Below, piece after piece: positions 35,859 to 44,698 of a stretch of DNA of 64,000 nt. A program made the translations under genes and the position numbers. The stretch is from contig CAWEIZ010000001.1 of NCBI GenBank assembly GCA_963809325.1, positions 145,961-209,960 on the forward strand. Direction: 5' to 3'. The stretch comes from an uncultured Actinomycetes bacterium. GTDB taxonomy: Bacteria; Actinomycetota; Thermoleophilia; Gaiellales; JAICJC01. A model generated the notes under the pieces. That model did not search any database. It was not told where the DNA came from and saw nothing but the letters and a program-made list of their open reading frames with translations. Numbering within the stretch: the stretch's first letter is position 1; each line of letters starts with the position of its first letter.

Positions 35859-37300
35859 TCGGTCGAGATGAAGACGCTCTTCAGCTCGGTGTTGTGCTCG
35901 AGGGCGTGCATCCCGAGCTCCTTGCCGACGCCCGACTGCTTGTAGCCGCCGAACGGCGTCTGCGGGAAGACGCTCGAGTTGGAGTTCACGCCGAGGACGC
36001 CGGTGCGCATCGCCCGTGCGACCCGCAGCTGGCGCGCGCCGTCGCGCGTCCAGAGCGACCCCGAGAGGCCGTACGGCGTGTCGTTTGCGATTCGTACCGC
36101 CTCGGCCTCGTCGCGGAACGTGATGACGCCGACGACCGGCCCGAAGATCTCCTCGCGGGCGACCCGCATGTCGTTGGTCACGCCGTCGAGGACGGTCGGC
36201 CGGTAGAAGAAGCCGGCCTCGAGCTCGCCTCCGGGGCGCTCGCCGCCGGCGACGACCTTCGCGCCCTCGTCGACGCCCGACCGGACGTAGCCCTCGACCG
36301 TCTCGCGCTGGGCCGCCGAGATGAGCGGGCCGATCTCGGTCGCCGCGTCCGCGGGCATCCCGACGCGAAGCCCGCTCGCCGTGGCGGCATACCGCTCGAG
36401 CAGCTCGTCCTTGACCGACTCCTCGACGATCAGCCGCGAGCGCGCGCAGCAGTCCTGCCCGCAGTTCTCGAACACCGCGTACGGGGCCATCCGCCCGACC
36501 TTCTCGATGTCCGCGTCGGCGAAGACGACGCACGCCGACTTCCCGCCCAGCTCGAGCGTGACGCGCTTGATCGTCGCCGCCGCCTGGCGGGCGATCCCCG
36601 CCCCGACCTCGGTCGAGCCGGTGAAGCCGATCTTGCCGACGCCGGGGTGCTCGACGAGCGCGGCGCCGACCGTCCCGCCCGGGCCGGGGACGACGTTCAG
36701 CGCCCCCTCCGGGATCCCCGCCTCGATCGCCAGCTCCGCGTAGCGAAGGACGGAGAGCGGCGTGAGCGACGCGGGCTTCAGGACGACCGTGTTCCCGGCG
36801 GCGAGCGCCGGTGCGATCTTCCAGTTCGCGATGTTGAGCGGGAAGTTCCAGGGCGTGATCAGGCCGACCACGCCGATCGGCTCGCGGAACGTGAGCGCGA
36901 TGCCGTCGCGCTCGACCGGGATGGTGTGGCCGAAGAACTTGTCGACGGCCCCGGCGTAGTAGCGGATGACGTCCACGATCATCCCGAGCTGGCCGCGGGC
37001 GTCGGAGATCGGCATCCCCACGTTCTGACACTCGAGCAGGGCAAGCTCCTCGGCGTGCTCCTCGACCAGGGCCGCGAAGCGGTGCATCCGCCGCCCGCGC
37101 GTCACCGGCGACAGCGCACCCCAGCCCTCGTACGCCTTCGATGCGGCCGCCACGGCGCGGTTCACGTCCTCGACGCCGCCCTCGGCGACCGTGGCGAGCG
37201 TCGTCGCAGTCGCCGGGTTCACGACCTCGAACGTCCGCCCCTCCGCCGCGTCGACCCGCTCGCCCGCGATGACGAGGCCCTCGATTGCCTGCACGCTCAT
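35855..37300 (-). CDS. NAD(P)-dependent aldehyde dehydrogenase (PuuC / gamma-glutamyl-aminobutyraldehyde dehydrogenase-like)
   Basis: Tail of ORF 35855..39196 from ATG at 37300. Motifs ELGGKSA and FENCGQDCCARSR. 481 aa. Confidence 0.85.
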   Translation of the reverse strand: MSVQAIEGLVIAGERVDAAEGRTFEVVNPATATTLATVAEGGVEDVNRAVAAASKAYEGWGALSPVTRGRRMHRFAALVEEHAEELALLECQNVGMPISDARGQLGMIVDVIRYYAGAVDKFFGHTIPVERDGIALTFREPIGVVGLITPWNFPLNIANWKIAPALAAGNTVVLKPASLTPLSVLRYAELAIEAGIPEGALNVVPGPGGTVGAALVEHPGVGKIGFTGSTEVGAGIARQAAATIKRVTLELGGKSACVVFADADIEKVGRMAPYAVFENCGQDCCARSRLIVEESVKDELLERYAATASGLRVGMPADAATEIGPLISAAQRETVEGYVRSGVDEGAKVVAGGERPGGELEAGFFYRPTVLDGVTNDMRVAREEIFGPVVGVITFRDEAEAVRIANDTPYGLSGSLWTRDGARQLRVARAMRTGVLGVNSNSSVFPQTPFGGYKQSGVGKELGMHALEHNTELKSVFISTE

Positions 37301-38010
37301 GCCGCCACCCTCCGATACGTCGTCGCCTGGTCGACCAGCGCGCGGAAGAGCGCAGCGCCGCCCGCCTCGTCCTCCTCGGGATGCCACAGGACGCCGACCA
37401 CGTAGTGGGCGGCCGGGTCCTCGATCGCCTCCACCGTCCCATCCTCGGCCCTCGCCGCGACCCGCAGCCCCTCGCCAAGCCGGCCGGGCGCCTGATGGTG
37501 GCAGGAGTGGGTGTGGGCGTCGGTGCCCAGGACACCCGCCAGGTGCGTCCCCGCGAGCACGGTCACCGAGTGGCGGGTGTACATCCCCGGCGGCCCCTTG
37601 TGGGTGTCGCCCTCGAGGTGCTGGATGAGATCGCCGCCGCGGGCGACGTTCAGGAGCTGCATCCCGCGGCAGATGCCGAGCACCGGCATCGCCTGCCCGA
37701 GCGCGGTGCGCATGAGCTCGAGCTCGGCCGCGTCGCGGTGGTCGTAGAAGCCGCTCGACGCCGGGTGCGGGTCCTGCCCGTACACGGCCGGATTGATGTC
37801 GGAGCCGCCCGTGAAGACCATCGCATCGACGTCGTCGAGGATCTCGGGCGAGACCTCCGTGGGCGGGATCAGGACCGGAACGCCGCCGGCCGCGACCACC
37901 GACCGAACGTAGCCCTCCGGCACGAGCACGCAGCGCATGTCCTTCCACTGCCCGAAGTCGACAGGGACGTCGTAGGCGCTGATCCCGATCACCGGCCGCT
38001 TGCGGTCCAT
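37297..38010 (-). CDS. Gamma-glutamyl-GABA hydrolase-like class I glutamine amidotransferase (peptidase C26, PuuD-like)
   Basis: ORF 37297..38115 trimmed to ATG at 38010 (MDRKRPVIGISAY). Nucleophile elbow LGICRGMQLLN. Confidence 0.8.
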   Translation of the reverse strand: MDRKRPVIGISAYDVPVDFGQWKDMRCVLVPEGYVRSVVAAGGVPVLIPPTEVSPEILDDVDAMVFTGGSDINPAVYGQDPHPASSGFYDHRDAAELELMRTALGQAMPVLGICRGMQLLNVARGGDLIQHLEGDTHKGPPGMYTRHSVTVLAGTHLAGVLGTDAHTHSCHHQAPGRLGEGLRVAARAEDGTVEAIEDPAAHYVVGVLWHPEEDEAGGAALFRALVDQATTYRRVAA

Positions 38011-38035
38011 CCCGGAAGCAGTATATGAATGGCGC

Positions 38036-39382
38036 GTGCCGCTGACCTTGGAGGAGTTGCGCGCAGACGTCGAGAGCGGCGAGATCGACACCGTTCTCCT
38101 CGTGATGACCGACATGCAGGGGCGGCTCCAGGGAAAGCGCCTGCACGCGCCGTTCTTCTGCGACGAGGTCGCCGCGCACGGAGCCGAGGGCTGCTACTAC
38201 CTGCTGACCGTCGACGTCGACATGATGCCGGTCCAGGGCTTCGAGATGGCATCCTGGGAGTCGGGGTACGGCGACTTCGTCTTCCACCCCGACATGGCGA
38301 CGCTCAGGCGCATCCCGTGGCTCGAGAAGACCGCGCTCGTCGTCTGCGACATCGAGTGGCAGGACGGCCGGCCGGTCGCGCCGTCGCCGCGGCAGATCCT
38401 GCGCCGCCAGCTCGACCGGCTGGCCGAGCGCGGCCTCGTGGCCAACATCGGGTCGGAGCTCGAGTTCTTCCTGTTCCGCGAGACCTACGACTCCGCGCGC
38501 GCCAAGCGCTACCACGACCTGATGCCCGCGAACGCCTACAACGTCGACTACTCGATCCTCGGCACGACGATGGTCGAGGATGTCATCCGACCCATCCGGC
38601 TCGGCATGGCCGGCGCCGGGATCCGCGTCGAGGACTCGAAGGGCGAGTGCAACTTCGGCCAGCACGAGGTGAACTTCCGCTACTCCGACGCGCTCACGAT
38701 GGCGGACAACCACACCATCTACAAGAACGGCGCGAAGGAGATCGCCCACGCGCACGGGTACGCGCTGTCGTTCATGGCCAAGTACGACGAGCGCGAGGGC
38801 AACTCGTGCCACATCCACTGCAGCCTGTGGGACGAGCACGGCACCGCCTTCGCCGACGGCGACGGCCATCAGACCGAGATCTTCCGCCACTTCCTGGCCG
38901 GCCAGCTCGCCGGCACCCGCGAGCTGACGCTGTGCTTCGCGCCGAACATCAACTCGTACAAGCGCTACGCGTGGGGCTCCTTCGCGCCGACGACCCTCGC
39001 CTGGGGCGTCGACAACCGGACGTGCGCGTTCCGCATCGTCGGGCACGGCCCGGGGCTGCGCGTCGAGAGCCGGCTCGCCGGCGCCGACACCAACCCGTAC
39101 CTCGCGTTCGCCGCGATCATCGCTGCCGGCCTCCACGGAATCGAGAACAGCCTCGATCTGGAGGACGCGTACGGCGGCAACGCGTACGACGCCCACGACA
39201 AGCCGCGGGTGCCCTCGAGCCTCGGGGCCGCGATCGACCTGTTCGAGGGCTCAGCGCTCGCGCGCGAGGCGTTCGGAGCGCAGGTCGTCGATCACTACCT
39301 GCACTACGCGCGTACGGAGCTCAGGTCGTTCGAAGCCGCGGTCACGGACTGGGAGAAGTTCCGCAGCTTCGAAAGGCTCTAG
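38036..39382 (+). CDS. Glutamine synthetase-family enzyme, gamma-glutamylpolyamine synthetase-like (PuuA/GlnA3-type)
   Basis: ORF 38000..39382. GS catalytic-domain pattern (NSCHIHCSLW, NSYKRY, DNRTCAFRI). Divergent from the puuD-like gene. Start GTG at 38036 is preferred over TTG at 38000. Confidence 0.8.
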   Translation: MPLTLEELRADVESGEIDTVLLVMTDMQGRLQGKRLHAPFFCDEVAAHGAEGCYYLLTVDVDMMPVQGFEMASWESGYGDFVFHPDMATLRRIPWLEKTALVVCDIEWQDGRPVAPSPRQILRRQLDRLAERGLVANIGSELEFFLFRETYDSARAKRYHDLMPANAYNVDYSILGTTMVEDVIRPIRLGMAGAGIRVEDSKGECNFGQHEVNFRYSDALTMADNHTIYKNGAKEIAHAHGYALSFMAKYDEREGNSCHIHCSLWDEHGTAFADGDGHQTEIFRHFLAGQLAGTRELTLCFAPNINSYKRYAWGSFAPTTLAWGVDNRTCAFRIVGHGPGLRVESRLAGADTNPYLAFAAIIAAGLHGIENSLDLEDAYGGNAYDAHDKPRVPSSLGAAIDLFEGSALAREAFGAQVVDHYLHYARTELRSFEAAVTDWEKFRSFERL

Positions 39383-39406
39383 CCGATCCCGTAAGACCCC
39401 CATGGC

Positions 39407-39430
39407 GCCAGGTCCCGTTCGGGGCCTGGC
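39407..39430. terminator. 10-bp GC hairpin (GTTC loop) between convergent GS-like gene and small ORF
   Basis: GCCAGGTCCC-GTTC-GGGGCCTGGC. Confidence 0.5.
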
Positions 39431-39453
39431 CCCCGGTGGAGCCTTGTACGCGT

Positions 39454-39627
39454 CTATGCAGCCTTGCGGAGGTGCGTGATGCGGTGCACCAGCTCGCGGC
39501 GGCGCTCGGTGCGCCGCTCGATCTTGCGCTGGCGGGCGAGCCGCATGAAGTACTCCCGCTCGCTCTCCCGGGCAGGATGGCGTGTTTCGAAGCTCGAAGC
39601 CGTAAAGAGTTGGGATAGCTGTGTCAT
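39454..39627 (-). CDS. Small (57 aa) basic protein, apparently leaderless; unknown function (alternatively a 30-aa peptide or an sRNA)
   Basis: Own translation: MTQLSQLFTASSFETRHPARESEREYFMRLARQRKIERRTERRRELVHRITHLRKAA. Below the ORF-track length cutoff. The ATG lies 6 nt after a perfect TATAAT. An internal ATG (M28) is preceded by GGGAG. Confidence 0.45.
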   Translation of the reverse strand: MTQLSQLFTASSFETRHPARESEREYFMRLARQRKIERRTERRRELVHRITHLRKAA

Positions 39628-39633
39628 AGACAC

Positions 39634-39661
39634 ATTATATCATCGGCCAAACCGCCGTCAA
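39634..39661 (-). promoter_or_regulatory. Near-consensus housekeeping-sigma promoter TTGACG-16 nt-TATAAT
   Basis: rc of 39656-39661 is TTGACG and rc of 39634-39639 is TATAAT. It sits in a locally AT-rich island (about 39600-39720) in an otherwise very GC-rich window. Confidence 0.6.
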
Positions 39662-39715
39662 CCCATACGAATCACACTAAAGGGGGAATTAATGGAGAAA
39701 AAGTGGTAGTGAAGA

Positions 39716-41212
39716 CTACGGAGAACCCGCAGACGGTGCGTCCGCCGCGTAGCGAACGATCATCTGGTCGGTCATCCACTCCACCGGCGCCCGATCGTCG
39801 GTCAGAGGATCGTCTGAGGCGGGGACCAGCCGGAGCTGCTGCGCGAACCCTGCGGCGGGCTGGAGCGCCGCCGGCGCAGCGGCCAGGCGGGCGCGGAGCT
39901 CGGCGGCGGTCGTCGGCGACGTGAAGCCCGCGACGATGTCGTTGAACCCGCTCACGCGCCATTCGAACACCGACGCGAACCGGGTCGCCATCGTCCCCGC
40001 GATGGCATCCGGGAGGCCGGCGTCGTTCGGGATGCGGCCGACGTTGGCCATCACCATGCCGCCGGCATCGAGCCGGTCGCGGGCCAGGCCCCAGAACTCC
40101 TGCGTCGTCAGGTAGAACGGGATGTAGGGCTGGCGGAAGGCGTCGAGGAAGACGGCGTCGTAGCGGGTGTGGTGCTGCTCCAGGTACACGCGGCCGTCGG
40201 CGGTCGCCACCCGGACGCGGGGGTTGTCGGCGAGCCCGAAGTACCGGCGTCCCACATCGGTGACCAGCGGGTCGAGCTCGATGCCGAGCACGTTGACCGA
40301 CGGCCAGTAGGTGCCGTAGGCGCGTCCAACCGTCCCGCCGGCGTACCCGATCATGCTGAGGCTCCGAAAGCCCGGGCCGTGCAGGATCGGCGCGAGCAGG
40401 AACTGGTCCCAGTAGCCGCCGGTCAGCACCTGGCCCGGGCGGTACACCGAGTGGTCGGCCCAGCCCTCGTTCAGGTGCAGTACCCGGCCGCCGCCCGGGA
40501 GCGACTGCACCTGGACGAACTGGTAGGCGGACTCGCCCTCGTAGATGATGTGCGAGCCGGGCTTGACGGCGCCGGGCGGGACGAGGGCGACCGCGCCGAT
40601 CAGCGCCGGCACGGCGAGGTAGCGGCGGCCGAGCACCGGCGAGGCGGCCAGGGCCAGGAGGCAGGCCGTCGCGAGCATCGTGCGCCGCGTCCCGATCGCG
40701 GGGATCAGCACCGCGACCGGCAGGAACGTGCCGATGATCGATCCCGACGTCGAGAGGGCGTACATGCGCCCGGCGACGGCCCCGGCCTCCTCGATCGTCG
40801 TCACCCCGAGCCGCACCGCGAAGGGCGAGGCCATCCCGAGGAGCGTGATCGGCGCCGAGAAGAGCAGCATCACCGCGAAGAAGGAGCCCAGGAAGGCGCC
40901 CACCGACGCGCCGGCGAAGGCGTCGACCGCGGCGCTCAGGAAGGGCTCGGCGACGAAGGGCAGGACCGCGACGCACCCGGCCGCGGCGAGCATCAGCCAG
41001 CACAGGAACCGCATCGTCGGATGGCGGTCGGCCAGGCGTCCCCCGACGAAGTAGCCGACCGACAGGTAGATCAGGATCAGGCCGATGATGTTGGCCCAGA
41101 TCAGGATCGACGCGCCGAAGAACGGGGCCAGGAGGCGCGAGGCGCACATCTCGGTGGACATCGTCGTCGCCCCGGCGATGAACACGAGCGGCGGAAGCAC
41201 GCGGCGGTTCAC
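39716..41212 (-). CDS. Fused membrane domain + spermidine-synthase-like (SpeE-type) aminopropyl/methyltransferase-fold protein
   Basis: ORF 39716..41374 trimmed to GTG at 41212. About 7 TM helices, then GYAGGTVGRAY, IELDPLVTDVGRRYF and DAVFLDAF motifs. Confidence 0.75.
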   Translation of the reverse strand: MNRRVLPPLVFIAGATTMSTEMCASRLLAPFFGASILIWANIIGLILIYLSVGYFVGGRLADRHPTMRFLCWLMLAAAGCVAVLPFVAEPFLSAAVDAFAGASVGAFLGSFFAVMLLFSAPITLLGMASPFAVRLGVTTIEEAGAVAGRMYALSTSGSIIGTFLPVAVLIPAIGTRRTMLATACLLALAASPVLGRRYLAVPALIGAVALVPPGAVKPGSHIIYEGESAYQFVQVQSLPGGGRVLHLNEGWADHSVYRPGQVLTGGYWDQFLLAPILHGPGFRSLSMIGYAGGTVGRAYGTYWPSVNVLGIELDPLVTDVGRRYFGLADNPRVRVATADGRVYLEQHHTRYDAVFLDAFRQPYIPFYLTTQEFWGLARDRLDAGGMVMANVGRIPNDAGLPDAIAGTMATRFASVFEWRVSGFNDIVAGFTSPTTAAELRARLAAAPAALQPAAGFAQQLRLVPASDDPLTDDRAPVEWMTDQMIVRYAADAPSAGSP

Positions 41213-41336
41213 CGGCCAAGGGTAGCGCCCCGGCGCCGGTGAAAAGGTGGTGAACGATGTATGGGGTTTCTGCGGTTTGTGCAGTACTTTCAAGGTGAGC
41301 AAGCGGATTCCGACCGAAGGGATCGCCAGACTACGC

Positions 41337-42218
41337 ATGATGCGCATCGGGATCATCGACATCGGATCGAACACCGCGCGGCTGCTCGTGGCGACCGTCG
41401 ACGGCGTCTGTATCGACCGGCTCGACGAGCAACGCGCCTACCTCGGCCTCGGAGCGGTGATCGAGCGCACGGGCAAGCTGCCGCAGCGAAAGCTGTCCGA
41501 GGCGGCGGCCCTCGCGGCGGAGTACGCCGAGCGCGCGGCGTCACACAACGTCGACGTGCTCGACGTCATCGTGACTGCTCCCGGGCGCCAGAGCCGAAAC
41601 GGCGAGGAGCTCGTCCAGAGCCTGCGGTCGGCGACGGGCGCCGGGGTGCGTGTGCTCACGTGCGACGAGGAGGGCCGGTACGCCTACGAGGGCGCTGCGG
41701 CCATGCTCGACCGTGAGCCCAAGGTCCTCGCCGTCTGCGACATCGGAGGCGGATCGACCGAGGTCGTCGTGGGTCTGCGCGATCTCGGGCCGGTGTTCCT
41801 GCGCTCGTTCGACATCGGCTCCATGCGGCTCACGAGCCGGTTCTTCGAAGGAGGCCGGACCGCGGCCGATGTGAAGGCCGCACGCGACTTCGTGCGCGGC
41901 CGGCTCCTCGACCTCGACGCTCCGGCTCCCACGGCGGCGCTCGCGACGGGCGGCACCGCCGGGGCGCTTCGCAAGATCGCCGGTCGCAACCTCGACGCCG
42001 ATCTGCTCGAGAACGTGATCGCGGATCTCGCCTCGCGGACGCCCGGGAGGATCGCGACAGCCTACGGCCTCCGGCGCTCGCGGGCGCGGACGATCCTTGC
42101 GGGGGCGCTCATCCTCGCCGAGGTGCAGCGGTGCCTGGGCGTGCCGTTCGAGGTCGCCCGCGGCGGCCTGCGCGAGGGCGCGGCGCTGGCGCGCGCCAGG
42201 GTCGCCCAGGCGGCCTGA
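41337..42218 (+). CDS. Ppx/GppA-family phosphatase
   Basis: ORF 41247..42218 trimmed to ATG at 41337 (MMRIGIIDIGSNTARLLV). Second ATPase-fold motif DIGGGSTE. Confidence 0.8.
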   Translation: MMRIGIIDIGSNTARLLVATVDGVCIDRLDEQRAYLGLGAVIERTGKLPQRKLSEAAALAAEYAERAASHNVDVLDVIVTAPGRQSRNGEELVQSLRSATGAGVRVLTCDEEGRYAYEGAAAMLDREPKVLAVCDIGGGSTEVVVGLRDLGPVFLRSFDIGSMRLTSRFFEGGRTAADVKAARDFVRGRLLDLDAPAPTAALATGGTAGALRKIAGRNLDADLLENVIADLASRTPGRIATAYGLRRSRARTILAGALILAEVQRCLGVPFEVARGGLREGAALARARVAQAA

Positions 42219-42226
42219 TCGGCCGT

Positions 42227-42652
42227 CTACCTCGGCGCAGGTATGTGCCGCACGACGGTCACGCCGCGCGCGCCGATCTCGACGACCCAGGCCGAGCCCT
42301 TCGGCGTCTTGCGCAGGCCCACGAGCTCGTGGCACACGTCGCCGTGGGTGCAAAGCACGGTCCCGGCGGCCGTCGTCGCGAGGAGCGGCATCACGTCAGC
42401 CCGCGCCGAGCCCTCGGCCAGCGCCGGGGTCTCCTCCACGTCCACACCGAGCACGGCGCCGAGCGGCGCGACGGTCTGAACGCAGCGGACGTACGGGCTC
42501 GTCAGGATCCTGCGGACGGGAACGCCCGCGAGCGCCGTCGGCAACGCCGCAGCCTGCCGCATGCCGCGACCGTCGAGCGGCCGCAGCTGATCCTCCCCAC
42601 GCCATCTCGCGCGGTCTCCGGCGGCGCCATGGCGGACGACCACAGCCAGCAT
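42227..42652 (-). CDS. Histidine phosphatase superfamily protein (SixA-like)
   Basis: 141 aa. RHG motif VVRHGAAG and distal CTHGDV. Confidence 0.7.
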   Translation of the reverse strand: MLAVVVRHGAAGDRARWRGEDQLRPLDGRGMRQAAALPTALAGVPVRRILTSPYVRCVQTVAPLGAVLGVDVEETPALAEGSARADVMPLLATTAAGTVLCTHGDVCHELVGLRKTPKGSAWVVEIGARGVTVVRHIPAPR

Positions 42653-42656
42653 GCGG

Positions 42657-44099
42657 CTACCCGATGAGCGTCCAGCGCTTCGCAGCGCGGGCGAGCGCCC
42701 TCAGCGTCTCCGGAAGCTCGTCTCGAGCCTGAGCGCGGCGGACGGTCTCCTGCTCGACCAGCCGACCGGCCGCGACCGCCACGGCCGAATCGGCACCGGC
42801 AGCCAGGGCACGCAGGCGCTCCTCGGCGACGACGGCGTCCTGGTGGGTGCCGAGCACGTCCTGGAGGCCCTTCGCGGCGCGGACGAACGCCTGCCCCTGG
42901 CGGTCGTCCGGGAGCGCCGCCAGCTCGCCCGCGTACCGCGCGCGCTTGCCCGCGATCCGGAGGCGGTGCATCGCCGCATCGTCGGGCTCCGCGCCCGCCC
43001 GGCGCGCCGCCTTGCGCATCCGCCTGTACTCGCTCCTGACGAGCGCCCCCATCCGCAGGCCGCGCCCCGCGAGCTGCGGGCTCCCTGCCTCGGCGACCAG
43101 GCGCTCGACCAGCGCGAAGTACCGCGGGCTGCCGAGCGCGGCGAGCACTCGAGCCCGGGCAGCCGCCCGGTCGGCGGTGAGGCCGTCGAGCACGTACGCG
43201 CCTCCCTCGGAGTCGGCCTCGCCGAGCCGTTCGACTCGCGGCAGGAACTCCTCGACGAGGACGTCGAGATCGCGCGCGGCGCTCGTCTCGCCTGCCAGCC
43301 ACCCGAGCTCTGTGCGAAGCCCCTCCGCCCACCGCTCGTCGAGCCCCGGCCGCGCGGCTCGGAGCAGGGCGCGCATGCGCCGCGTCGCAACCCGGAAGTC
43401 GTGCAGCGGCTCGGAGCCCAGCCCGAGGCGAACGGCGGGATCGGCGCGCAGCATCGCCCGGACCTGCGCGTCGAGCATCGCGGCGAGGCGCCCCTCGGCC
43501 GTCGTCTCCGCAGTGACGGCCGTCCCCGCGGCGGCCGTCAGATCGAGCACGCGGAACACCTTCGGCCGCTCGTCCCCGACCACCGCCCCCGCGCGGCGCA
43601 GGGTCTTCACAAGCCGGCGCATGTCGGCCTCGCCACCGGCCGGCAGGAGCTCGACCTCGACCTCGTCGAGCCGGGTCTGGACAGCCGACTCGTCCTCGAC
43701 CGTCACGACATCGTGGAAGACGTCCGCAACGGCGACGTCGTCGCGGAATACCCGCCGGCCCAGGCGGCGCGTGCGAAGCGTGGCGACGAGGCCGAGCGGC
43801 GCGCCGTGCAGGTGTGCCGCGAGCAGCTCCAGGGCCTCCGGCGGCGGGTCGGTCCCGCGGCCCGCGAGCTCGATCTCGAACCTGCCGCCCTCGGCGGGCA
43901 GCTTCAGCTGCCAGCGGACGCTGCGCGCACGCGTCCGCCGGCGCAGCGTGATCCCGGCGGCGGCGAGGCGGTGGTCGGGCGTGTCGTAGTACGCCGAGAC
44001 GAGCGTGACCGTGCGCAGGCGCTCACCGGGCAGCTCCGGGAGGAGGAACCCCTCCGAGACGTCCAGCTTGCGCTCCCGCTCGAGCTCGTAGACGGCCAT
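42657..44099 (-). CDS. CYTH + CHAD two-domain protein (triphosphate-tunnel / polyphosphate-associated)
   Basis: 480 aa. N-terminal ELERERKLDV (ExExK). CHAD-type HDFRVATRRMRALLR and repeated RIAGKRARY helices. Confidence 0.8.
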   Translation of the reverse strand: MAVYELERERKLDVSEGFLLPELPGERLRTVTLVSAYYDTPDHRLAAAGITLRRRTRARSVRWQLKLPAEGGRFEIELAGRGTDPPPEALELLAAHLHGAPLGLVATLRTRRLGRRVFRDDVAVADVFHDVVTVEDESAVQTRLDEVEVELLPAGGEADMRRLVKTLRRAGAVVGDERPKVFRVLDLTAAAGTAVTAETTAEGRLAAMLDAQVRAMLRADPAVRLGLGSEPLHDFRVATRRMRALLRAARPGLDERWAEGLRTELGWLAGETSAARDLDVLVEEFLPRVERLGEADSEGGAYVLDGLTADRAAARARVLAALGSPRYFALVERLVAEAGSPQLAGRGLRMGALVRSEYRRMRKAARRAGAEPDDAAMHRLRIAGKRARYAGELAALPDDRQGQAFVRAAKGLQDVLGTHQDAVVAEERLRALAAGADSAVAVAAGRLVEQETVRRAQARDELPETLRALARAAKRWTLIG

Positions 44100-44157
44100 T
44101 CGCAGAGTCTACGGGACCGCTGCGGACGCGGCATGGGGTTGTATGCCGCGAACGGCA

Positions 44158-44230
44158 TGCCCTCGCCAGGATTCGAACCTGGGACGCCGGCCTTAGGAGA
44201 GCCGCGCTCTATCCCCTGAGCTACGAGGGC
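44158..44230 (-). tRNA. tRNA-Arg (anticodon CCU)
   Basis: Manual cloverleaf, 73 nt. Acceptor GCCCTCG/CGAGGGC, D arm GCTC-AGGGGATA-GAGC, anticodon stem CGGCT/GGCCG with loop CTCCTAA, T arm CCAGG-TTCGAAT-CCTGG. No encoded CCA. Confidence 0.9.
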
Positions 44231-44239
44231 GGACGCCCT

Positions 44240-44608
44240 CTACGATACTTCGCCGTCGCCGTCCTCCTCGAGCCACGTCGTCTCCATGGCCGGCGCCGTG
44301 TGGATGGTGACCATCCGCAGCCGCCCGGGGCCGAGGCCCTTGAAGCCGTGCGCCGTGTTGGGCGGGACGACGACGATCTCGCCCGCCTCCGCCTCGATGA
44401 ACCCGTCGCCGTACCGGAACCGGCCGCGGCCCTCGAGCACGATGAACGTCTCCGAGTACGGGTGGGTGTGGGGGTCGGGACCCTCGCCCGGGCCCGAGTC
44501 GACGACGAAGCCGGACACATCCGAGCCACCGGCGTCGCGTCCCTCCCAGCTGCCCTTCGTCGCGCCCGCTTCGTCGCGCCAGGTGGGGAGCGCGTCCTCG
44601 GTCGCCAT
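44240..44608 (-). CDS. Cupin-domain protein
   Basis: 122 aa. Cupin motifs HTHPYSETFIVLEG and VVVPPNTAHGF. Confidence 0.7.
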   Translation of the reverse strand: MATEDALPTWRDEAGATKGSWEGRDAGGSDVSGFVVDSGPGEGPDPHTHPYSETFIVLEGRGRFRYGDGFIEAEAGEIVVVPPNTAHGFKGLGPGRLRMVTIHTAPAMETTWLEEDGDGEVS

Positions 44609-44634
44609 ACGGCAGATCCTAGATGGCCGCGGAA

Positions 44635-44698
44635 TGAAACATTGGCATCAGGCGCCGGTGTTTCACCTGAAACACAGGTACCAGGTACAGGTGTTTCA
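44635..44698. promoter_or_regulatory. Array of four TGAAACA/TGTTTCA half-sites (two TGAAACA-N17-TGTTTCA units sharing a central 18-bp palindrome)
   Basis: Half-sites at 44635-41 (+), 44659-65 (-), 44668-74 (+) and 44692-98 (-). Central GTGTTTCAccTGAAACAC at 44658-75. AT-rich gap upstream of the cupin gene. Confidence 0.55.

Noticed and set aside
39464-39709. 81-aa ORF on the plus strand in the AT-rich island.
   Set aside because: It is antisense to the promoter-equipped small ORF. It has Arg/Ser-rich low-complexity composition, no RBS, and runs through the TATAAT/TTGACG region.
41257-41298. 13-codon uORF (MYGVSAVCAVLSR) with a good SD (AAGGTGG) upstream of the Ppx/GppA gene.
   Set aside because: It is too short to evaluate and has no second copy or conservation evidence available. 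It may simply be chance in a divergent promoter region.
44585-44625. GCGACCGAGGACGC plus CCATCTAG near the cupin start, resembling fragments of the family-1 core and terminus.
   Set aside because: The order and orientation of the two pieces are not collinear with the element, and the first lies within coding sequence (MATEDA). It is likely a chance match.
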